64,000 nucleotides of DNA from the IMG/VR virus record IMGVR_UViG_3300050821_013430, positions 124,001-188,000 of that record. One strand, given 5' to 3'. The stretch's first letter is position 1; every line of letters starts with the position of its first letter. The notes below the pieces were generated by a model. The model saw nothing but the letters and a program-made list of their open reading frames with translations, did no database searches and was not told the origin of the DNA. Shown in pieces: positions 51,250 through 58,522 of the stretch. The position numbers and the translations under genes were made by a program.

Positions 51250-51596
51250 CTTAGTCCCTCGACAGTTTTCATTTTTATTTTGACTCCCGTAGTTATCTCG
51301 CCTTTTCGATGATAAAACTCACTAAGTAAAGGACGTCTATAAAAGAATAGAATCATTTTCTGAAATAGTTTAGGAAAATATAACATCTTCCCCAAAATCA
51401 ATAATTCTCGTATTGTCTGAAAGGTATATTTGATTATTAGTGCTACGTCGCTTTTAGGAATCAATGGGTACCGGGCAGACACTCGGTCAACCAATTTATC
51501 AGTTTTCATTTTGATAGGATATTCTTGATCTAAAACACGCACTAATTCTTCTGCTGAAATATCTACAAAATCAAATTGTTGATGATATTTTTTCAT
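51246..51596 (-). CDS. Divergent HU/IHF-like protein
   Basis: LVDRVSARYPLIPKSDVALII...IRELLILGK resembles HU/IHF N-terminal helices. Confidence 0.5.
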   Translation of the reverse strand: MKKYHQQFDFVDISAEELVRVLDQEYPIKMKTDKLVDRVSARYPLIPKSDVALIIKYTFQTIRELLILGKMLYFPKLFQKMILFFYRRPLLSEFYHRKGEITTGVKIKMKTVEGLR

Positions 51597-51599
51597 TAT

Positions 51600-51950
51600 C
51601 TAATCAATTATATCAGTACTTTCCTTGATTTCCAATTCAACATTCTTTTTGATCATTCGTTGATAAAAATCACAATCCAATTTCTCTTCATCGGTCGCGC
51701 ATTCTAAATGCCAACCCCTACCATTTTGGCAAAAAATAAAATCTCCCGGCAAATAAACACGATTACATTTTTCACATTTACCACTAAATTTTGATGGAAG
51801 GTAAATGATTTTACCATCATTCCGAGGAGTACATTTTAGTTTGCCATCTCGGATCATTTTGGCGATCTCGACCGCCGCGCCCGGGCTACCGTTCTCGTTG
51901 AAACAGTCCAAATAATAATTGAAAGCGTTTTGAATTTTGTTGTTGATCAT
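51600..51950 (-). CDS. Hypothetical protein with Zn-binding motif
   Basis: SKFSGKCEKC...PGD.I...WHLEC. Confidence 0.55.
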   Translation of the reverse strand: MINNKIQNAFNYYLDCFNENGSPGAAVEIAKMIRDGKLKCTPRNDGKIIYLPSKFSGKCEKCNRVYLPGDFIFCQNGRGWHLECATDEEKLDCDFYQRMIKKNVELEIKESTDIID

Positions 51951-52324
51951 TCTGGGAAGGGATGAGGGAGTATAATTGGGGGCCCAAAGAGTGTCAAGAG
52001 CAAACTATATTCTAATCAATTTGGAGATCTAAAATACATTATGACATTCTTACTATTTACATATTTACATTTCTACATGTATACATTTCGCCCGCGCGTA
52101 TATAATGTGTCCATCTTTTGGAATATAAGAGGCGCGCTCCTATACGCCTCTATAAAACGTCGGAGGGGTAGGGGCGGTCTCAGGTCGTTCTAAATATTTG
52201 GATTCGATACGGGTCAACCTCGTGCCAATACGGGCCTACCCAGCCCTCCCACCGGGTGGCCTAACCCCCGCAGGAATATCACCCTTGCTCAGGGAGGCGG
52301 ATATAGTCGGGCCGGAGTCAGCAT
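51951..52324. other. Largest non-coding region at a divergent strand switch, with ACAT repeats (candidate origin or regulatory hub)
   Basis: About 370 nt with no ORF; six ACAT cores (mostly TACAT) in 52031-52090, followed by a GC-rich tract. Confidence 0.4.
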
Positions 52325-52930
52325 ATGAAAATCACCAAACTCAATTTGACCAATCAGACCATTCTCGCTATTAGCCCACTTTACGATCAGATCGACAAAC
52401 TGCATCAAATCAAGACGTTATGTACCGAACAAACCGTTGTTGTCTTTATGGGAGACATTTGTTTTCCCTACAAGCAAACTTATGAGATTGTCCCTCGGGT
52501 CAATATTTTGCAAGCGTTTATGGAGGACAAATCAGCCCATTTTGTCGTCGGAAATCATGACCTGATCTATGCTGCCAAATGTGCCAATATTCACGCTGAT
52601 ATTTGTGAGTGGATGCATCTCCAACCACGTGTTCTAAAAATTAGTTATTCCAATGGCTCTAATTACCTTTTTCTACATGGTGGAATCAAACCTGACCATA
52701 AAACATTAAACGATTTGGAAAACGATTTGGAAGTTTCATTTTTGGAACAATGGCATTCCGATTATGATGGTCGATTTGGGTTTGTAGTAGCCAGTCATCC
52801 TACCCAAGAAAATCATCAAATTCAGAAATATCCCCATTCACTTAGTTTGGATACCTCGGCCCATCAGAATAAAAAAGTGGCTATACAAGAAATTACGGCG
52901 CAAGGATTGGGAAAAGTGGTATATTACTAA
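52325..52930 (+). CDS. Degenerate calcineurin-like metallophosphoesterase
   Basis: FMGD, GNHD, HGG, LDT present; the first DxH motif is replaced by SPL. Confidence 0.65.
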   Translation: MKITKLNLTNQTILAISPLYDQIDKLHQIKTLCTEQTVVVFMGDICFPYKQTYEIVPRVNILQAFMEDKSAHFVVGNHDLIYAAKCANIHADICEWMHLQPRVLKISYSNGSNYLFLHGGIKPDHKTLNDLENDLEVSFLEQWHSDYDGRFGFVVASHPTQENHQIQKYPHSLSLDTSAHQNKKVAIQEITAQGLGKVVYY

Positions 52931-52963
52931 TATCGCATTTGTCCATACTCCTAAGGATTTACA

Positions 52964-53641
52964 ATGACTGTCAATAAAACTGCCCAAGCCGTAGACCCCC
53001 AAATTGCCTCTTATTTGGCCCGCGCCCTCTCTACGGCCGTAGCCAACGCCTCCGCTAAGGTAGGCCCAATCAAAAGCTCCTTTGCTCCATATACCCACAT
53101 GGAAGGCGAGCGTTTTATTGTCATCGCAGACTTCAATCCGCCCCTAAGCGATCCGCAAAGAGAAGCGGTCTCGGGTAATTTTACTGCATACTTGCAGGCT
53201 AACAATCCTCAATTAGCCAGCAAAGTCGTTCTTCAATTCTCTCAATCAGGAAAAACTGCCATGGACAATAAAACCGCAACTCTCAAACTTTTGGCTGTCG
53301 TCAAAAAGCAACAAGCAATGATTGAGAAGTTAGCTCAATCGGCTCCGGTTCATCCGGCTGCTCAAACACCAGCACCACAACATATGGATCCCGTCAATCC
53401 TTCTAAACGAGAAGCGGAGACAATCCTCAACGCTCTATCTGCCAATGTTCGTGCGTTGATTGCCAATTTAGAAGTACATCCAGGTGCTGGTGGCAAAGAG
53501 GTAAAAGTTTTCGCAAAACCAGGGCAGCCTGATCATGCTCTCGATGTAGTACAAAGGGCGGTACAAAATACCGTGGCCAGCCTTGCTCAAAAGAATATGC
53601 TTCCCCCTCCGGCCGCATATAAAGTTCAAGTCCAAGGCTAA
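52964..53641 (+). CDS. Hypothetical protein, putative head-internal protein; internal module shared with 54105
   Basis: KTAQ, KTAM and KLAQ motifs; internal MDNKTATLKLLAVVKKQQAMIEKLAQ. Confidence 0.55.
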   Translation: MTVNKTAQAVDPQIASYLARALSTAVANASAKVGPIKSSFAPYTHMEGERFIVIADFNPPLSDPQREAVSGNFTAYLQANNPQLASKVVLQFSQSGKTAMDNKTATLKLLAVVKKQQAMIEKLAQSAPVHPAAQTPAPQHMDPVNPSKREAETILNALSANVRALIANLEVHPGAGGKEVKVFAKPGQPDHALDVVQRAVQNTVASLAQKNMLPPPAAYKVQVQG

Positions 53642-53649
53642 GGCCAAGA

Positions 53650-54108
53650 ATGGATCTCGAACGACTCAATAAACTCGCCGCGGTTTTTTGCAAAACGGCC
53701 GATGAGGTGGATTCGACCAATTTGGGATTTACTATTCGTCCTGTTGTTGAAAAGTTCTTGCCGCAATTGAAAGCGGTAGTATCAAAAATCGTGCAACAAG
53801 TTGCCTCAAAAAATACCGATCTAAGCGGAGATATTATGGTTGGGAAAGCCTTTTTTACTAATGCTAAAAAAGAAGGCGACAATTGGACGGTACTACAAAC
53901 TCAAATCAAAGCGGATGGTAGTCTTCTACAAGACAAACGAGTGGGGCCAGCCATCGAAGCCGTAATCAATCAATTCAACAATCAGATCAAAATTCCTGTC
54001 CAAAAAGAAATCAATCGGATGAAAAATAGTTTGGGCGGGGGAGAAACCATTACCAATCACGAGACCGCAGTCGCCAGTTTTTCTTTTGGCGTAGGAGATG
54101 CTTCATGA
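53650..54108 (+). CDS. Hypothetical protein
   Basis: 152 aa; N-terminal leader ending in KTAD. Confidence 0.55.
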   Translation: MDLERLNKLAAVFCKTADEVDSTNLGFTIRPVVEKFLPQLKAVVSKIVQQVASKNTDLSGDIMVGKAFFTNAKKEGDNWTVLQTQIKADGSLLQDKRVGPAIEAVINQFNNQIKIPVQKEINRMKNSLGGGETITNHETAVASFSFGVGDAS

Positions 54109-54485
54109 ACGACAAAAATACAACACTCAAACTTTTAGCCATTGTCAAAAAACAACAAGCGATGATTGAAAGACTAGCCAATTGGTCAGGGGCGGTTAGT
54201 CCTGCCTCGGTATTACAAGCAAATACTCCTAATAGTGCTGGCAGTATGGCTGGGGCACCAGAAAGCGCTAAACAGCGCATCCAAGCCATGATTATTCCAA
54301 TGAAGTTGGAAATTATTGATTTGGAATGGGGCACACTTCCAAAAATAGTACTGCAAGGCCAAAAAGTAGATTATCCAAGACCGCATGCTGATCAAGATTT
54401 GGTTGCTCGCTTGAAACCACGCCTTTCTACAATAATGGATGACTATCAAAAACACGGTATTGTGCTTAGCATTCAACTTGTTTAG
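54105..54485 (+). CDS. Hypothetical protein with N-terminal module shared with 52964
   Basis: MNDKNTTLKLLAIVKKQQAMIERLAN; AGGAG SD. Confidence 0.6.
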   Translation: MNDKNTTLKLLAIVKKQQAMIERLANWSGAVSPASVLQANTPNSAGSMAGAPESAKQRIQAMIIPMKLEIIDLEWGTLPKIVLQGQKVDYPRPHADQDLVARLKPRLSTIMDDYQKHGIVLSIQLV

Positions 54486-54510
54486 CTTCAAATTCGAACG
54501 GCATTTAATA

Positions 54511-55197
54511 ATGAAAGATGTTTGTACAATCTATATTATACAAAATAATTTCAATGATAAAGTTTATATTGGCCAAACTTGGCAACCCGTCAATAAGCGT
54601 TTCAATGCACATCTAAAAGATAAAAAAGGCTCCTGTCGTAAGTTATTCAATGCTTTCAATAAATACGATCGCGCGAATTTTTATATCGCGGTATTAGCGG
54701 TTTGCAATACACAATCAGAAGCAGATTGGCTGGAAACCTGCTGGATAGATATTTTCGATAGTCGTATAAATGGATACAATCTTAGAAGTGGCGGATCACG
54801 CGGCAAACATTCAGAAGAAAGCAAACAAAAGATGAGCACCGATCGAAAAGGCAAAATGCTTGGAGAAATACATCCAATGTATGGCAAGCATCATACCGAG
54901 GAAACTAAAGCCAGAATGTCAAAGTCCAAAAGAGGAAAGGTTCAATCCGAAAAAAGCAATCATAAAAGATCAGAAGCATTGAAGGGACGATCGATTCTTA
55001 CGGAAATTCAAGTTCAGCAAATCCGGGAAAGCCACATGCAAATGAAAAGTTATCGTACATTAGCTAAAGAATTTGATATATCTATAACTACAGTGGAACG
55101 CGTGGTAAAAAAGAAAAGTCCATATAATAAACCGCTTACTGATGAAGCAAGCATAGCAAGACAAAATAATAGCCAGTCTAAACTTTTTGGTACTTAG
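54511..55197 (+). CDS. GIY-YIG homing endonuclease with NUMOD3 repeats and HTH
   Basis: IYIIQNNFNDKVYIGQT, GYNL, HSEESK/HTEETK; start at MKDVCT. Paralogue of 14030-14866. Confidence 0.88.
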   Translation: MKDVCTIYIIQNNFNDKVYIGQTWQPVNKRFNAHLKDKKGSCRKLFNAFNKYDRANFYIAVLAVCNTQSEADWLETCWIDIFDSRINGYNLRSGGSRGKHSEESKQKMSTDRKGKMLGEIHPMYGKHHTEETKARMSKSKRGKVQSEKSNHKRSEALKGRSILTEIQVQQIRESHMQMKSYRTLAKEFDISITTVERVVKKKSPYNKPLTDEASIARQNNSQSKLFGT

Positions 55198-55507
55198 TCG
55201 ATAGTTCTAGTATCTTGATTTTCTCTACCGCCAGTTGTAGGGCAGTAAATGTATTGATGTTGTCCTTGTAAGATAATTGGGTCATAGTCAAAAGAATACT
55301 GCCCATCCAATTCTCTTTCAATTTGTTTTTGGCTTCAACGGGAGCGGTACTTTCATCGATAGCGCGGTAGGCGCTCATCTGAGTAATAAGTTGTTCTGTT
55401 AGGTCTTTGACTGAAAGGGAGGCAGTTTCCCTTTGGAGTTGTTGCTCGGCCGATTCCCATAAATTCTCAAAATGAATTTCACTCATCTTTTTTGTCCATT
55501 GGGGCAA
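55178..55507 (-). CDS. Hypothetical protein
   Basis: 109-aa ORF; true start probably MSEIHF. Confidence 0.5.
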   Translation of the reverse strand: MPQWTKKMSEIHFENLWESAEQQLQRETASLSVKDLTEQLITQMSAYRAIDESTAPVEAKNKLKENWMGSILLTMTQLSYKDNINTFTALQLAVEKIKILELSTKYQKV

Positions 55508-55667
55508 TTTGAATTTGTTCAGAGCCCAATTCCGATACGAAACAAATCAACGCTATCCCATCTCTACAATCAATCATCATTGGCGCTTTCAATTTACCGA
55601 TGTAATAGGTGCGGCCCGCGCTGTCTTTTCTGGGGTTTAGATCGATACATAAATTATTATTTGCCAT
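55479..55667 (-). CDS. Small hypothetical protein
   Basis: 62 aa with AAGGA SD. Confidence 0.5.
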   Translation of the reverse strand: MANNNLCIDLNPRKDSAGRTYYIGKLKAPMMIDCRDGIALICFVSELGSEQIQIAPMDKKDE

Positions 55668-55720
55668 TACAATTCCTTACTAATCAAAAATTAGAGACTG
55701 ACCTCTCTATATCTCGTCAG

Positions 55721-56185
55721 TCAAGAATGTGGCAAGATCAATTTTTCAACATCAATTCCAAAACTTTTCAACAAGGATACATCTAATGCCCAATGAAAGT
55801 GGCTGCGTTGGCTCCAAATCTGAAACTCGTGGTGAATATAATCCTTGGCCTCTTGTTCCGGTATCTCATTGACTTTCATTAGATGGTGTAGGGCGTCCTC
55901 ATATTTCCCGGCGGTCATCGCATAACCCATATGTTTAGTGAGATGGCAGGCGGGACATAAGGCCATCATGCATTTTAGTTTTTGGATATGTCGATGATCA
56001 TCATATGACCAAACTTCGTGGCAATGCAAGGCAACATTGGTAGTGCCGCAAACTTCGCAAGCGTTGTAGGCGTTGCTATAAATTTGCTTTCTAAGTATGT
56101 CCCATTGAGTTTGAGAAAGGATAGCACGAAGACTCTTGCCCCACGCATTTAAAGGGACGAGTTCAAGTATTAGGCGCATCGACAT
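55721..56185 (-). CDS. HNH endonuclease-like protein
   Basis: WDILRK...CEVC...LHCHEVW...LCPACH..KH; AGGAGG SD. Confidence 0.75.
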   Translation of the reverse strand: MSMRLILELVPLNAWGKSLRAILSQTQWDILRKQIYSNAYNACEVCGTTNVALHCHEVWSYDDHRHIQKLKCMMALCPACHLTKHMGYAMTAGKYEDALHHLMKVNEIPEQEAKDYIHHEFQIWSQRSHFHWALDVSLLKSFGIDVEKLILPHS

Positions 56186-56255
56186 CCTCCTACGAATGAA
56201 ATTTAGTGCTTCATTGAAAACAATACCGCATTAGCCCTAATTGGGCAAGAAAAAG

Positions 56256-56332
56256 TGGTGTCCCCGGCGAATTAACAGCTCGCATCATTTTCGTTTTAGG
56301 GACGAACGCTCTTGTTTTTGAGCTACGGGGAC
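56256..56332 (-). tRNA. Atypical tRNA with CUA anticodon (putative amber suppressor)
   Basis: GTCCCCG TA GCTC-AAAAACAA-GAGC G TTCGT-CCCTAAA-ACGAA AATGAT GCGAG-CTGTTAA-TTCGC CGGGGAC A CCA. Full cloverleaf with encoded CCA; anticodon CTA at 56297-56299; C33, no D-loop GG, no TTC. Confidence 0.75.
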
Positions 56333-56337
56333 AAAAT

Positions 56338-56394
56338 TGGTAGGGACGGTAGGACTTTCACCTACGTTAGGGCCTGTTGCGCCCAGTCATCCCC
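56338..56394 (-). ncRNA. 57-nt mini tRNA-like RNA (acceptor stem + one hairpin + T-arm + ACCA)
   Basis: GGGGATG ACT GGGC-GCAACAG-GCCC TAAC GTAGG-TGAAAGT-CCTAC CGTCCCT A CCA. Confidence 0.55.
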
Positions 56395-56399
56395 ATAAG

Positions 56400-56732
56400 T
56401 CATTTGATCCATTCATCTGGCACAATCGCGTGGGATTGACACCATTCATCGAGGTCTTGGTTTTCCATCCACATAAATACACCATAATCTTCACCACCAA
56501 AATACTCATCGATATGAATATCGATATCCTCTAATTTTGCTCCTTTGAGAAACTCAACAACGATATGGGCAGCCCAAATAGCATAGGCTTTGCGCCCATC
56601 TGTAAGTTTTTGGTAGAGGTTTTTAGCGACAGTATGTACATCGCCTAATAAATCTTCTGGATCGACAAACCATCCTTTGGATGTATAGAGATACTTGCCA
56701 GTTTTCCAATTATTGATTACATATTGGGCCAT
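56400..56732 (-). CDS. Hypothetical protein
   Basis: 110-aa ORF directly after the PTH2-like gene. Confidence 0.55.
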   Translation of the reverse strand: MAQYVINNWKTGKYLYTSKGWFVDPEDLLGDVHTVAKNLYQKLTDGRKAYAIWAAHIVVEFLKGAKLEDIDIHIDEYFGGEDYGVFMWMENQDLDEWCQSHAIVPDEWIK

Positions 56733-57068
56733 TTATTTTCCTTTCAATGCCAGTTTCAGATGTTGGCATAATCTTTTGCTTTTCTCACCGGGCGCCAATG
56801 CTATCGCAGTGAGTTCGTCTTCCAAATCCGGCTCTCGAAATAATGTTCGTTCGATGTTTTGTTCTCTGGCTTGTCGAGCAAGCTCCTGCAAGTCAAATTT
56901 ACTTTCAGTTCGCAACACCACAATATAGTTTGAGGTCGTTAGCCAATGCTTTGCACTCTCAGGATGTTCGATCATAAAAGTGGTAGCGGCGTGGCAGGCC
57001 TGAGCGATTTGTAGTCCTGGTGCGAGATCGCCCCGCACCACGATGTAGAGTTTATCAATCTATGACAT
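56733..57068 (-). CDS. PTH2-family (peptidyl-tRNA hydrolase II-like) protein with in-frame UAG at codon 3
   Basis: ATG TCA TAG ATT GAT AAA CTC TAC ATC GTG GTG CGG = MS*IDKLYIVVRGDL; then AQACHA, IVVL, FREPDL..ELTAIAL. The ATG overlaps the upstream TAA (TAATG). Confidence 0.8.
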
Positions 57069-57484
57069 TAGAGGCCCAGCACTTTCAATATCTTGCCAAA
57101 AACGGTATGGGCGATTTGGTTGGTGGCTGGCATGGCAGCAGGTTTAGCAGCGGGCAGTGATTCGTCTTGCAGCCAAGCCTTCACTCTTTCCAAAGTCCAG
57201 ACGCCGGGGACGTTATGGGCCTCGATGATTTGCAATATAAGCCCCGCTGAGGGCTTATTGTCGATCCGACATCTAGGCTCCAAGACCTTGTAGAAAACGC
57301 CTCTAAGGGCTGCGTAAGCGAGCAAATGATGTCTTGATTGACTTCCGACGGAACGCTTGATAGAGCAAAGCGACCAAGCCTTCTCATCCTTTTTGGCTTT
57401 TTTGATTTGGGATCGGAGTTGTTGAGACTTGTCCGAGAGTCCGTTGATTTTTGCTACTAAAAAATGTCTATAATATTTATTCAT
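57068..57484 (-). CDS. Hypothetical protein (RHHLLAYAALRG motif), first gated gene of the amber operon
   Basis: 138 aa; AAGGAG SD 7 nt upstream. Confidence 0.7.
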   Translation of the reverse strand: MNKYYRHFLVAKINGLSDKSQQLRSQIKKAKKDEKAWSLCSIKRSVGSQSRHHLLAYAALRGVFYKVLEPRCRIDNKPSAGLILQIIEAHNVPGVWTLERVKAWLQDESLPAAKPAAMPATNQIAHTVFGKILKVLGL

Positions 57485-57569
57485 TAAGTTTCTCCTTGTA
57501 AAATTGTTTGGTGAATTGGATTGAAAGAAGCCAATCCCAAGGAGGATCGCGCGAACGAATAGTAATCTA
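57477..57569 (-). promoter_or_regulatory. Putative amber-readthrough translational attenuator (UAG + RDPPW + anti-SD/SD stem)
   Basis: After the TAG the frame stays open as ITIRSRDPPWDWLLSIQFTKQFYKEKLNE-TAA. CTCCTTG (57544-57538) is complementary to the SD CAAGGAG (57498-57492). Inner hairpin GGATTG/CAATCC. Confidence 0.65.
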
Positions 57570-57764
57570 CGAATAGGTCATTAGTTCGGTTTCTGAAATT
57601 TCGGTCAAAAATTCTTCATTAGTGGTTTTGATTTTATAGGTAGGCACACCATTGATGAATACATTATCAAAACCTATAATAGTGGCAGCCACTTCGTAAT
57701 CACCAACCCAGGGATTGTATCTTTGGATTTTTACTCTTTGTCCAATTGAGAATTTAGCCTTCAT
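57567..57764 (-). CDS. Small KOW/SH3-like protein that also serves as the leader ORF ending MTYS-UAG
   Basis: KFSIGQRVKI...YKIK...ISETEL; GGATATA motif 9 nt upstream. Confidence 0.6.
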   Translation of the reverse strand: MKAKFSIGQRVKIQRYNPWVGDYEVAATIIGFDNVFINGVPTYKIKTTNEEFLTEISETELMTYS

Positions 57765-57781
57765 CTCTAACTATATATCCT

Positions 57782-58135
57782 TTATTTAGCAGCCAATTGT
57801 CGAAATACTTCGGTGGCCCACTCGTTCAATGCAGCCAAAATGAAATCCCAATCCGCTTCCGTCAAATCCTCATTGTTTTGCATTTTAGTATCTAACTGCA
57901 AAAGATAGAGCAGTTGATCGGTGAGATGATTGCTCTTCTCGTGCATATACTGCTCAAATAGGAAGAAAATTACCTTGCCGCTATCTTCCGAGCCGGGGTG
58001 GTAATTGATCGAGAAAAGTTCTTTGACCCAAGCCATATCCTCTTCGGAAGGTTTGACGCCCTCGTCGCGTAGGAAGCAGATGATGACGCTTAGCCGGGTG
58101 TAGCAGGAATGTAGATGTATGTTTTCAGGTGCCAT
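57782..58135 (-). CDS. Hypothetical protein
   Basis: Start at MAPENI (58135); the longer call overlaps the tmRNA 3' end. Confidence 0.55.
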   Translation of the reverse strand: MAPENIHLHSCYTRLSVIICFLRDEGVKPSEEDMAWVKELFSINYHPGSEDSGKVIFFLFEQYMHEKSNHLTDQLLYLLQLDTKMQNNEDLTEADWDFILAALNEWATEVFRQLAAK

Positions 58136-58154
58136 TGTCTTTCTCTGTAAATTT

Positions 58155-58506
58155 TGGAGCTGCCGAGCTTCGATGCCCGGGTCTCCCACACTCAATCCTA
58201 AAACTCATTCACAAACTTAGCAAGTGATATTAGCATTTGCACTAATCGAAGAGTTTTAGGTTCTTCGCGACCGATCTACTGTTGATTTCATTTGAGGCCC
58301 CGTAGCCAAACATCAAACTATTTTTCGTGGGTTAGCGTTCCTTTGACTACTAAAAATACCTCATCTCGGAACGTATGGGGCCCTTAGGCTGCCATAGCGA
58401 ATACTGTTTCGTCAGCGTTCAAACGTTGATCACTTTTTGACGAGGAGCAATCGTCCCCGGTTTGCGTTTTAGTTTCTCCTGCGAGATCGAAATCCAATTC
58501 AGCCCC
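58155..58506 (-). ncRNA. ssrA: tmRNA, tag (A)ADETVFAMAA
   Basis: 5' GGGGCTGAATTGGATTTCGA and 3' CAGCTCC-A give an acceptor stem with G3:U70. Tag frame GCT GAC GAA ACA GTA TTC GCT ATG GCA GCC TAA at 58416-58384. Length 352 nt; CCA not encoded. Confidence 0.92.
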
Positions 58507-58522
58507 GTTATCCTATGTAATT

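Noticed and set aside
56256-56332. Pyrrolysine tRNA
   Set aside because: A73, a 5-bp anticodon stem, an 8-nt D-loop and a 2-nt connector do not fit tRNA-Pyl, and there are no pyl genes in the window.
58136-58195. N-terminal extension of ORF 57782-58195, and plus-strand ORF 58462-58725
   Set aside because: Both overlap the tmRNA; the ATG at 58135 is the more plausible start.
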